DNA from: a virus
Taxonomy: Duplodnaviria > Caudoviricetes
Strand: one strand, 5' to 3'
DNA: 24,192 nucleotides
Virus record (IMG/VR): IMGVR_UViG_3300006925_000146
Location: 1 to 24,192 of that record
Under the pieces are notes generated by a model. It saw nothing but the letters and a program-made list of their open reading frames with translations. It was not told the origin of the DNA and ran no database searches. Positions 7,493-15,376 of the stretch are shown here, one piece after another (the stretch's first letter is position 1; each line of letters opens with the position of its first letter). The translations under genes were made by a program, and so were the position numbers.

Positions 7493-7521
7493 TTTATATC
7501 TACATCGTAATAATTACGCAA
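7493..7521 (-). promoter_or_regulatory. Sigma70 promoter with an overlapping palindromic operator
   Basis: TTGCGT-N17-TATAAA; perfect inverted repeat CGTAAT-A-ATTACG at 7506-7518 overlaps the -35 box and spacer. Confidence 0.55.
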
Positions 7522-7624
7522 CCGATAAAACATAGGATACTTTGTAAGTCAACAGATGATTCAAAATGAATCACCTTTTTTAATTGACTTGGGTTGAGGA
7601 TTTATTTCTCTTGTGGATAAATAT

Positions 7625-7810
7625 TCAGTTGAACTCGCCATTAGGGACGAAAGTATCATCTGTAATATTATAATAAGCGTGTTCTCCTGTTGTATAATTG
7701 CACATGTATAAGTATTCTTTATCGCCCCAAGTGAATGGTTTTTCATCTCCTAGTTCAGCCGGTCTCCAGTCATCTGATAAATTTTCCAATGCTAGGTCTA
7801 GTGTGTTCAT
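7625..7810 (-). CDS. Hypothetical early protein (61 aa)
   Basis: GAGGT SD, co-oriented with neighbours, aromatic-rich EKPFTW...YLYM...HAYY motif. Confidence 0.7.
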   Translation of the reverse strand: MNTLDLALENLSDDWRPAELGDEKPFTWGDKEYLYMCNYTTGEHAYYNITDDTFVPNGEFN

Positions 7811-7832
7811 GTCTTATATTACCTCTATAAAG

Positions 7833-8045
7833 TTATTTAAAAGTGTTACCTGTTGTTTTATTCTCTGACGAAATATCTACATCTTCAATTATTGAAATAG
7901 CATCCATTAATGTGTCTATAGAAAGCTGTTGTGTGTCTTTATTAACCTTAGCCCCAAAGATTTTGTCATAGTTTGTATCATACTTGTTTTTATCCGTAGG
8001 CCGTTGCTTGTCGCCTTTACCAGTCATTGTTTTAACCCTCATCAC
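7833..8045 (-). CDS. Hypothetical early protein (GKGDKQRP...YDKIF type)
   Basis: Motif of a kind common in small phage proteins; the real start may be the internal Met of MTGKG (GAGGG SD). Confidence 0.65.
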   Translation of the reverse strand: MMRVKTMTGKGDKQRPTDKNKYDTNYDKIFGAKVNKDTQQLSIDTLMDAISIIEDVDISSENKTTGNTFK

Positions 8046-8334
8046 GTTGTGGAATATCAGACATTAGTCGTTCAGCATTACTCAACTCTCTATAGAAAGA
8101 CATATAGCCAGCATGATGTGCTTTATATGTTGTGCCTGTTGTAGTTTTTACTTCCCTTTTCTTTCTACTACGCGCTGAAATAATATAATGACTGTTATCG
8201 GTTTGGATAAAGTAACGACATGCCCCATCTTTGTCTTTTCGTACAGTATGGCCAAGCTCTTCAGCTACCCTTGCTGCGAGTTTGATAATGTTATTTGCTG
8301 TGCTTGGTTTGATCTTACTGATTAAGTTTAACAT
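8032..8334 (-). CDS. Hypothetical basic early protein (100 aa)
   Basis: Co-oriented ORF packed into the early cluster. Confidence 0.65.
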   Translation of the reverse strand: MLNLISKIKPSTANNIIKLAARVAEELGHTVRKDKDGACRYFIQTDNSHYIISARSRKKREVKTTTGTTYKAHHAGYMSFYRELSNAERLMSDIPQRDEG

Positions 8335-8448
8335 GGTTTTTAGTCTCTTTGTTGTGGTGCGTTAGTGTTAAAGTAATTATGGAACAGTTAAAAAAATAAA
8401 TACAGTATTAATTGTGGTAATAGTTGGCAATTCCGACCTTTGTACTTT

Positions 8449-8799
8449 CTACAGATAATCCTCAAGGTTTTCATATAACCAAAAACACAAAGATCTCCGC
8501 AGATCTCCGTATTCATCTTCACCCCACAGATCATCAGTATTCTCATATAGCCAAACACCTCTTTCACCGCCAAACGCGATAGGGTAGAGTGGATCTCCGG
8601 AGTGCAAAGGCCAAGCCTTCATACATTTATCAATGAAGCGCGACCGTATGTCGAAATAAACACCGTCTATCTTATAAGTAAAACAAAAATTTATTTCATA
8701 GCATAGGCCAGAGCCGACATCGCGAGGTTTTATTTCTCCCGTTGCTAAAAATAATAAATGTGTCTTTAACGCATCAATAACTGGTTTGTCTTTATTCAT
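8449..8799 (-). CDS. Hypothetical early protein (116 aa)
   Basis: ACAGGTG SD; GLC...WPLHSGDPLYPI...LWG..EYGDLRR sequence looks like a phage protein. Confidence 0.7.
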   Translation of the reverse strand: MNKDKPVIDALKTHLLFLATGEIKPRDVGSGLCYEINFCFTYKIDGVYFDIRSRFIDKCMKAWPLHSGDPLYPIAFGGERGVWLYENTDDLWGEDEYGDLRRSLCFWLYENLEDYL

Positions 8800-8892
8800 A
8801 ATATCACCTGTTGTAGTTTACCTAGTGTCCGAAACACTCACAGACCAGTCTGTATAGCCTGTGGTAGTGTGTTAATGAGAACAGGAGTGTCT

Positions 8893-9246
8893 TTATAGCT
8901 TCTTTGCAAGTAGTTCACCTTGCTTTAGTGTCGCCCAATAGACAGGCTCACGTTGTCTTTGAGCGTCATTGAGTATTTGGTTGAGTCGTAGTTTATATAA
9001 CTTTGCCTTATCTTTTAGTGTATTAATAGCTTGTGCTATCCTGTGCTTATCTCTTACTAGCGCGTTTGTATCGTACATGTTTAACTCAATTAATCTTATT
9101 GTGTTTCTTAATATGCTTATGCAATACTCTCTGTCATTAATATCAGAAAATACAAGCTTACGTTCAGTCACTTCTCCGTTGTGTAGTGTAACTGTGTTTT
9201 TCTTTTTTTCTAGTGCGTAAATAATCGAGCTTACTGTATCCATCAT
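8893..9246 (-). CDS. Hypothetical early protein (117 aa)
   Basis: ACAGGTG SD; co-oriented. Confidence 0.7.
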   Translation of the reverse strand: MMDTVSSIIYALEKKKNTVTLHNGEVTERKLVFSDINDREYCISILRNTIRLIELNMYDTNALVRDKHRIAQAINTLKDKAKLYKLRLNQILNDAQRQREPVYWATLKQGELLAKKL

Positions 9247-9344
9247 TTCACCTGTTTAGTTAGTTAGTTGATAGTTTATAGTTTAGTAGATACCTGTCTT
9301 ATGTTAAGTATTGTTTATTCCAATAGTTTGGTATTAATTGGCAA

Positions 9345-10190
9345 TTATAACATTGCTACTAATTGGTTAAATGTTGATTCATTGAAAAAGAATCCATTTT
9401 TAGTGCTATCTGCCTTGCGTTCTGTTTTGGAGCTACCCTTGCGCTTGAGAGTACCAATTGCATTGGCTGCATCCTTAAAGCGAACATCGGTTTCGTCCAT
9501 GTCAACTAATGGTATATCACCTATTAATTGTGGCCGCTTCCACTCACCTTTAGTTTCTGCCGTATTCATTGCAAGCACAACCCGCTTTCCATCTCTGATA
9601 GCGCGTGCAGTATGCTTAATAACCAAATCATTGTTAGCGCTGCCGCTATAGGTTAAATCATAGTTTTTAAGGCGGTTATTTTTTACACGATAGTAAATTT
9701 TGGTGTAATCATAAAATTGTATATAGGGCATTGAGGCAATTAAGGCGCTAAAATCAATATCGCTTGTACCGTTTAAACGGATTGTAAGCGCTTCACTATG
9801 TTTTTTATAGTGCTTGTTTATTTCCTTTCGCAATTCAATTCCAAACCGTTCAGTTTCCAACAGATAACAGATAGTGCGCTTTATCTTTGCATTGTCTCCT
9901 ATTTTCATACCTAATAGGCCGCTGGTTTCTAAACAACCCGCCTTACATCCCGCCTTGCCTGCTGCTGGGCATATGGTTTGTTTTGCTACACTGTCGGCAG
10001 GTTTAAGGTATAAAACGCCAGTGTAAATATTAAGCTTTTCGCCTTTAACAACTTTAGCGCTGCTATTTACATTAATTAATGGCGTGTTGGTTTGGCTAAG
10101 GTATTGCCAGTTATTAATAGCCCATTTTTTAGCGGTAGTGGTTAGCTTGTCGCTATGCATAAGTTTAATTAGTGACACTTGTAGTTTCAT
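9345..10190 (-). CDS. GP88-like protein (Cys triad, possibly radical-SAM-related)
   Basis: CPAAGKAGCKAGCL, IRLNGTSDI, FYDYTK, NYDLTYS and DETDVRF motifs. Start placed at MKLQ (AGGTG SD); the ORF extends to 10244. Confidence 0.7.
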   Translation of the reverse strand: MKLQVSLIKLMHSDKLTTTAKKWAINNWQYLSQTNTPLINVNSSAKVVKGEKLNIYTGVLYLKPADSVAKQTICPAAGKAGCKAGCLETSGLLGMKIGDNAKIKRTICYLLETERFGIELRKEINKHYKKHSEALTIRLNGTSDIDFSALIASMPYIQFYDYTKIYYRVKNNRLKNYDLTYSGSANNDLVIKHTARAIRDGKRVVLAMNTAETKGEWKRPQLIGDIPLVDMDETDVRFKDAANAIGTLKRKGSSKTERKADSTKNGFFFNESTFNQLVAML

Positions 10191-10277
10191 TTTAGCACCT
10201 ATAGGTGGTTTATTGGTTGTTACCTTGTTTCTATTAATAGCCATTATTACTAATGACTATCTAACAAACAATGTAAA

Positions 10278-10622
10278 TTATTCGAATTTGAGCATGTCTT
10301 TTTGAAGTACCTTGTAATAGTTGCCGCCTACTTTAAATTGATACGGGATAGATTCGCTGCCTACGCGCACACCCCTAGGCGCTTTTCCTATATGCCTTAG
10401 TGCATTTTCTAAAGCTTTACTCTCTTTACAGTAGCCGCAACCGTCAGTCTTATAGAAGACAGTATCTGCCGTGCCGTCATTGTCAACAAGCGTATAATAG
10501 ACTTGATGTCCATATGTGCCGCTATTCTTTGAACAATACAGTTCTAGCCGGTATTGATTCCCTAAAGTAATACTTTTAAATGGTGTGGATTCACAACGCT
10601 GGTTTATAGTGTCCCAGTTCAT
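10278..10622 (-). CDS. First early gene, hypothetical protein with a GCGYCKES motif
   Basis: GAGG SD; immediately downstream of the host-type promoters. Confidence 0.75.
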   Translation of the reverse strand: MNWDTINQRCESTPFKSITLGNQYRLELYCSKNSGTYGHQVYYTLVDNDGTADTVFYKTDGCGYCKESKALENALRHIGKAPRGVRVGSESIPYQFKVGGNYYKVLQKDMLKFE

Positions 10623-10678
10623 GGTTTTATGCCTCGTTTAAGTAATGTTAAGAAATATGTTTGCTTCGACTTGTGATA

Positions 10679-10707
10679 ATTAAAGCATACGATTTTAGTA
10701 ATTGCAA
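10679..10707 (-). promoter_or_regulatory. Host sigma70 early promoter
   Basis: TTGCAA-N17-TTTAAT with an extended -10 TGn, about 55 nt upstream of the first early gene. Confidence 0.7.
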
Positions 10708-10772
10708 GGGTTCTTGAGTGTGAATAGTTAACAATAATTAAAAAAATAGATAAGAACACAAACACAGACCAA

Positions 10773-10789
10773 TGCAAGAATCATGCCAA
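10773..10789 (-). promoter_or_regulatory. Sigma54 (RpoN) -24/-12 promoter
   Basis: TTGGCATGATTCTTGCA matches TGGCAYG-N4-TTGCW with exact GG-N10-GC spacing; points into the early genes. Confidence 0.7.
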
Positions 10790-10839
10790 CTTTTAAAAAC
10801 ACCAAAGAACCTTCAGCATCTGTTTAATAATCTGATGTA

Positions 10840-10975
10840 CGGCCTTACGTTGCAACCTTTAATACTGTTTTGTGGCCTTAGGTGTGGCCTACGCCTATAA
10901 ATTAAGCATGGCCGAGGGGGGAATTTTCACAAGCGCTTTATACGATAACCACCTCAGATTTTTTCTCCAAAATTA
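10840..10975. other. Probable genome terminus / terminal-repeat region
   Basis: Non-coding stretch between the last late gene and the early promoters; short GGCCT(T)A repeats at ~10841-10891 and a G6 tract at 10916-10921. Exact ends cannot be determined from the sequence. Confidence 0.45.
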
Positions 10976-11004
10976 AGAACAACCGCTTGCGTAAGCAGAG
11001 GCGG
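10975..11004 (-). terminator. Possible intrinsic terminator ending late transcription
   Basis: Minus strand CCGCCTCTGC-TTAC-GCAAGCGG bulged stem followed by TTGTTCTT. Confidence 0.4.
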
Positions 11005-11054
11005 CTGTCAGATAGATTTAAGATCACCTCCCGGTAGAAGTAGAATAACTAACT

Positions 11055-11441
11055 TTACTCAAAGATAACTGTAAGAGTTCCCATAACAGGCGGAGTGCCC
11101 TCAAGTTCAATGAAGGCAAGTGGTGAGGGTGCTCCCTCTCCAGACCCATTATAAGCTGTTACGTAGAAGCCTGTGGGTTCCCCAACAACGATAGGGTATC
11201 CTAAAGAAACATAAACTGTATCAGAGGTGTCTACAAGTAACTCTCCACTGGCAGTATAGAGGCGGTAGCCAGCCACACCTCCTACACAAGTATCAACACA
11301 TATAGCAGGATTCCAATAGAAACCTATATCTCTTAGAACTGTGAGTCCTTGTGCTTGTGTCATTACTACAGAGCTAGTTAATAAGAGCACTGTAGCAAGA
11401 GCTGTTAAGATTGCCCTACATCTGGCATGTATTAATTTCAT
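11055..11441 (-). CDS. Exported protein with a signal peptide and a fibronectin type III-like domain
   Basis: Basic then hydrophobic N-terminus ending AQG; FYWNP...VAGYRLY...FYVTAYNGSGEGAPS is an FN3-type pattern; GGAG SD. Confidence 0.7.
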   Translation of the reverse strand: MKLIHARCRAILTALATVLLLTSSVVMTQAQGLTVLRDIGFYWNPAICVDTCVGGVAGYRLYTASGELLVDTSDTVYVSLGYPIVVGEPTGFYVTAYNGSGEGAPSPLAFIELEGTPPVMGTLTVIFE

Positions 11442-11502
11442 ATATAGGCTCCGGTAGGTAGTTATCTATAGTCATCCCAAAGACTCCTAATGAATTTCAT
11501 CA

Positions 11503-11572
11503 ATACTTAAAGTATACTTAAAGATATTCTTTAAGATACCTTAAGTATACTTAAGTATATACTATAGTATAT
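11503..11572. repeat. AT-rich palindromic CTT(A/T)AAG repeat array (origin or packaging region)
   Basis: About six CTTAAG/CTTAAAG/CTTTAAG-type units; perfect 16-bp palindromes CTTAAGTATACTTAAG (11540-11555) and ATATACTATAGTATAT (11557-11572). Confidence 0.75.
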
Positions 11573-11598
11573 GTGAACGGGGGGTGGGGGGGTCTTCC

Positions 11599-11619
11599 CT
11601 ATAGGGGAACCTTCGAGAT
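11599..11619 (-). promoter_or_regulatory. Phage RNAP promoter, copy 2 (phiOR-like)
   Basis: Identical to 3255-3275; predicted start GGGAAGA; located after the terminase near the genome end. Confidence 0.85.
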
Positions 11620-11631
11620 AACTCATGTATA

Positions 11632-11901
11632 TCAAGAAGTTACCTTTGGTGTTAATTCTTCTATTTTTATGACCCAACTTTTGGGTATTGCGATGTGTCC
11701 TCCCCCTGTTTCTAGCTCATCTTCAACGATCCTAGACCTCATTATGACAACCTTATCGGCATCATTAACCACTAACCACCCTACTTCCTGACAGATAGCT
11801 GGTTCATGCTCAATAATATCTTCAATGGTAGTCCAGCATCCATTGCTGTCTTGGGCATCCTGCCAAGTTAGTCTTACTATAGGTACTTGATCTATATCCA
11901 C
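11632..11901 (-). CDS. Conserved-type hypothetical phage protein (89 aa)
   Basis: W-x-DA...W...C-x-x-VGW...IP-x-x-x-V-x-x-I pattern; overlaps the terminase stop. Confidence 0.75.
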   Translation of the reverse strand: MDIDQVPIVRLTWQDAQDSNGCWTTIEDIIEHEPAICQEVGWLVVNDADKVVIMRSRIVEDELETGGGHIAIPKSWVIKIEELTPKVTS

Positions 11902-13562
11902 GTATTAGCCCTCGGTTGTGAGTTTACATTATAACCACTAGAAAACCTATCCAACTCAGAAAGTAGAGCTTGATTCCTTCTTTCCTGCATTTCCATATCA
12001 ACATCTGCTGCCATCTGTTCTACCCAGTAAGCCACACCCATAGCCAGAGCATCCAACCTATCGTCATGTGCTAGAGACCCCCGCTCTTTTGTTATACGGG
12101 TCATCTGATAGGTAAGCATGTACTTCTGAGCTTTCTCCGTTGGATGGTGTTGAACACTGTCAAAGTCTTCTTGGATGACTTTAGGGTCTATGATTAACTT
12201 GTGCTGATTTAAAACAGGCTCTAGTGTATCAATAATACGTAATTCTTTCTGCTTACTATGTCTCACCTCTTCGATAGTAACAGGGTATATCTTCTTCAGA
12301 ATAGGTTTAATCAGTTCTGTGAACATCCCGTCACCGAAGTTACTTTCTATCAGGAGCATGTTTACTTTATGGTCTTTAGCTAAATGAGCCAGTTTGGTTA
12401 GCGTGTGTTCGCTATAACCCCCTTTTATACCACCGCAAGCGGCAACATATAAGTAACCATTAAGCATCTTAACAACAGCATAGGCTGTTTCATCTTGACC
12501 TCTACCTGATGGATCAATAACAAGGACTGACCCGTCATATTCCACGTAGGAGCCAACAGAAGCTTCAGGAGCGAAGAACTTGTCTCCACTAAGGCCAACA
12601 TTAGGGAGTTCTTTAACTTCCTTCATAACGCCATACACGAGCTTCTCGGGTGCCTTGTCTTTATCTATAGACATAACCATCATATCTGAGAGCTTTAGAG
12701 GGTATCTATCTATGTCTGATAAGCTTGTATCGAGCATAAACTGCAAGGCAAACCCTGAACGACCGTAAGATAGCTCACGTTCTAGTAGGTCATCATCGTC
12801 AAATCGCTTAGGATCTACTGGTTGGCCGTCTAAGGGGTTTTCTGAAGAACCCATATCATCCCATAGGTTAGGAGCCAAACGTTCCCCATACGACTTCTCA
12901 GCGTATTCTACGCTAGGATAGCGAGCTGGCCACACTCTCATCTTGTAGCCTCGCTCTGTGAGTGTATTATAAAGACTCATTTCACACTGAGGTGTCCCTA
13001 GATATAAAATCTTTCCTTCAGGTTTCAATATAGCGTCGAATTCCTTTACAGCTTCGCCTAGTTTATCTCTCATTCCCTGTGTCATGGAGTTGTTGGGAAT
13101 TTCCACGTCATCAGCCAAAATTACATCAGCTCTGCTACCAGTGAGCTGGCCAGTGATACCTACTGATTTAACAGAAGGGCTACCACTAGCCAGTGCTGGT
13201 CTTACATCAAACGCAATCTTACTCCACCTTTGCTCATTTGTTGCAATGAGATGTTGGCATATTGGGAGTTCAAGAATTAAACGTTGAGCAAACGTAGAAA
13301 AATCGTCGGCACGTTGTTTTGAGGCTGAGACAACCATAAACTTCTTCTGGGGATCAAGTAGAAGCTGGTGAACGACAAAGGCGGCAGCAATATAAGACTT
13401 ACCTATACCCCGAAACGCCTCGACGATTGATCTTCGTGGGGCGTGTTGTATAAAGTTAGCAATATCATATTGAACAGGTGTAGGCTCAGGTAGGTTAAGG
13501 TGCTGCCAGACTAGGAATAAAAAATTCCTAAAGTCTTCCAACCTCGGGTCTAGCTTATCCAT
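11892..13562 (-). CDS. terL: Terminase large subunit (T7 gp19-like)
   Basis: AFRGIGKS Walker A, GSRADVILADDVE Walker B, YLGTPQ, nuclease motifs IDPSGRGQDE and HDDRLDAL. Confidence 0.97.
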   Translation of the reverse strand: MDKLDPRLEDFRNFLFLVWQHLNLPEPTPVQYDIANFIQHAPRRSIVEAFRGIGKSYIAAAFVVHQLLLDPQKKFMVVSASKQRADDFSTFAQRLILELPICQHLIATNEQRWSKIAFDVRPALASGSPSVKSVGITGQLTGSRADVILADDVEIPNNSMTQGMRDKLGEAVKEFDAILKPEGKILYLGTPQCEMSLYNTLTERGYKMRVWPARYPSVEYAEKSYGERLAPNLWDDMGSSENPLDGQPVDPKRFDDDDLLERELSYGRSGFALQFMLDTSLSDIDRYPLKLSDMMVMSIDKDKAPEKLVYGVMKEVKELPNVGLSGDKFFAPEASVGSYVEYDGSVLVIDPSGRGQDETAYAVVKMLNGYLYVAACGGIKGGYSEHTLTKLAHLAKDHKVNMLLIESNFGDGMFTELIKPILKKIYPVTIEEVRHSKQKELRIIDTLEPVLNQHKLIIDPKVIQEDFDSVQHHPTEKAQKYMLTYQMTRITKERGSLAHDDRLDALAMGVAYWVEQMAADVDMEMQERRNQALLSELDRFSSGYNVNSQPRANTWI

Positions 13563-13776
13563 TACGACTCCTGTTTTTCTTCACATTAGAGATGCGAAGG
13601 TTTGACATACTGTTGTTTTTAGGGTTTCGATCTTTATGATCTACGTCCTTACCTTTGACAGCAGCAGTACCCTTAGCCTTCTTAATTTTAAGTCTGGCTT
13701 TATTACGAGATGATCTACGTGCTATTTGTTCTGGCTTGCCTTGGTAGTTAGCGTATTCTTTTTTATAGTTACGCAT
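13555..13776 (-). CDS. Small HNH endonuclease-like protein
   Basis: KDVDHKDRNPKNNSMSNLR...NR motif; lies between terS and terL. Confidence 0.8.
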   Translation of the reverse strand: MRNYKKEYANYQGKPEQIARRSSRNKARLKIKKAKGTAAVKGKDVDHKDRNPKNNSMSNLRISNVKKNRSRNG

Positions 13777-13979
13777 TAGTGAGAAGCCTCCTCAAAAGGC
13801 AGGGCAGTTAATAAACTTGCCATAGGTGATTCAGCAGTAACTATATCGTTACTCGCTCCGTTATCCTTAAGGAACTTTACAGCTACTGAGAGTTCAGCAG
13901 AGGTGGCATTCCCTGATTCAACTCTTGCCAGTAGTTCTTTGGTAACACCATCGTGTAACTCGTCTAATTTATTTTTCAT
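13776..13979 (-). CDS. terS: Terminase small subunit (T7 gp18-like)
   Basis: ATSAELSVAVKFLKDNG motif, size and position. Confidence 0.88.
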   Translation of the reverse strand: MKNKLDELHDGVTKELLARVESGNATSAELSVAVKFLKDNGASNDIVTAESPMASLLTALPFEEASH

Positions 13980-13981
13980 AA

Positions 13982-14371
13982 TTAACCTTTCATCACTTTA
14001 GCTATCTTCTCACCACTACGTCCAACGACATAGCCACCTAATCCAAGTTGTAATAACACCCATGCCTCATCTTTTAGAGGTGTCGCTAGAAGCCCTAGAG
14101 AGTCCCCTACGGCAAGTATTAAGAAGGTAAGCATTGTTATAGGCCGCCAAGCTGCAACGATGAAATGTTCACTCTTTGCTTCAGAGGACACTATAGCTTG
14201 TTGGCCTTTAATCATTTCTTTTTCGTAATCAAACACACGTTGCATAGCTGCCGCTTGGACATCCAATAAGTGTCCTTTAGCTTTTAATCGTTCATCGTCG
14301 CTTGTGTGTAGTGCATCCACTAAATCAGCAGCAGGTTTAAAGATGCCTGCTATGAGGTCTGTAACGCCCAT
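13982..14371 (-). CDS. Holin (3TM / GTA-type)
   Basis: SEAKSEH...WRP motif, hydrophobic segments, GLGGYVVGRSGEK near the C-terminus. Confidence 0.78.
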   Translation of the reverse strand: MGVTDLIAGIFKPAADLVDALHTSDDERLKAKGHLLDVQAAAMQRVFDYEKEMIKGQQAIVSSEAKSEHFIVAAWRPITMLTFLILAVGDSLGLLATPLKDEAWVLLQLGLGGYVVGRSGEKIAKVMKG

Positions 14372-14373
14372 GG

Positions 14374-14595
14374 TTACACTCCTATTAATTTAAGAATACC
14401 AAGTAGACCTAGTTGTTCACTCAGCCAGCAGATAACACCGCCCACGACAAACCATTTGATTTGCATTAAAGACTGATTAATAGCATCTAACTGATCTTTA
14501 AAAACCACTGCGTTCTTCTGTAGAGTCGCTAGTTGTTCTTCGTGTAGATCAATACGCCATTCCAAGCGGTCTACTTGTTGTTTTAAGTCATCCAT
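14374..14595 (-). CDS. Coiled-coil protein with a C-terminal membrane anchor (lysis module, XhlA-like architecture)
   Basis: Heptad-rich N-terminus, hydrophobic C-terminus, adjacent to the holin. Confidence 0.6.
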   Translation of the reverse strand: MDDLKQQVDRLEWRIDLHEEQLATLQKNAVVFKDQLDAINQSLMQIKWFVVGGVICWLSEQLGLLGILKLIGV

Positions 14596-14612
14596 TTAGT
14601 TGTCCTTTATGC

Positions 14613-15284
14613 TTAATATAAGGGGGGTGTGTAGGGTGGATTTTTCATAAACTGTTGCGCTATTACGCCATGCCTAACGCTACTAGAGGTGCCATAACCG
14701 TCTGCGTTTATGTTAATCTGGCCGAACTCAGGGATCCATGTCATTGCATACATCCTAACGTAGTATTGAGTGTTTGCTACTAATCCAGTTAGTTTAGCAA
14801 ACCCTGTAGTGTTTGTATGGTCAGTATAGCCAGCTCCAGCTCCCGTTAAGTATTCACCGTATCTACCTGTTTGCAAGGTTGTACTGTAAGTTGCAAAAGT
14901 TGGATCAGTGCTATGAACCATATAGATACCATAACCGTTAAGATCATAAAGATCATTTTGCGCGCTAAGAGAACCGTGTATTAAAATTACATCATCCCCA
15001 TTAGCTTGGTCAGTGGTAGTGAAGGTAAGGCTTTTGTCAGTACATTGAAACATATCAGTGGTCTGAAATGCTTGGTATACAGTTGTTTCCTGATAATCTG
15101 CAACATCCACTAACGTGTAGTGCCCACTAGGTACGCCTTGTCCATTGCCAAAAAAATCGCCAAGGCCTGTAATGAGTGCTAAAGGGAGTGTACCAGTGTC
15201 ATCAAGATTAGCAGGGTTTAACGTAGAGGTACTCGTGAGTACCCCTGACGAATCAAAGCTTGCTAAGGTTCTTGCCTTAGTCAT
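14613..15284 (-). CDS. Putative secondary tail fibre / receptor-binding protein
   Basis: MTKARTLA N-terminal peptide of a kind seen in marine phage tail proteins; Thr/Gly-rich, beta-type C-terminal domain; AAGGA SD. Confidence 0.6.
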   Translation of the reverse strand: MTKARTLASFDSSGVLTSTSTLNPANLDDTGTLPLALITGLGDFFGNGQGVPSGHYTLVDVADYQETTVYQAFQTTDMFQCTDKSLTFTTTDQANGDDVILIHGSLSAQNDLYDLNGYGIYMVHSTDPTFATYSTTLQTGRYGEYLTGAGAGYTDHTNTTGFAKLTGLVANTQYYVRMYAMTWIPEFGQININADGYGTSSSVRHGVIAQQFMKNPPYTPPLY

Positions 15285-15314
15285 AATGAGTTTCCTTTTA
15301 AAAGTGAATATAGC

Positions 15315-15336
15315 AGAGGAACCTCTAGGCTCCTCT
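15315..15336. terminator. Intergenic hairpin (terminator or processing/stability element)
   Basis: Minus strand AGAGGAGCC-TAGA-GGTTCCTCT stem; a T-run follows only on the plus strand. Confidence 0.4.
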
Positions 15337-15376
15337 CTTTTATGGTGTATCTGTTACGATATTTGCGGCTGTCATG

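Noticed and set aside
7551-7557. T7 class II pause/terminator ATCTGTT (also near 9860 on minus; near 10818 and 15349 on plus)
   Set aside because: A 7-mer expected several times by chance; the copy near the genome end is on the wrong strand.
8388-8573. Alternative-frame minus-strand ORFs (also 7561-7746, 15676-15867, 23233-23442)
   Set aside because: Mostly nested in better-supported genes, with no convincing SD or motif.
9247-9295. TAGTT short repeats in an early intergenic gap
   Set aside because: Low-complexity A-rich leader on the coding strand; no evidence for a specific function.
11503-11572. CRISPR array
   Set aside because: Units are 6-10 bp with no unique spacers and no cas genes.
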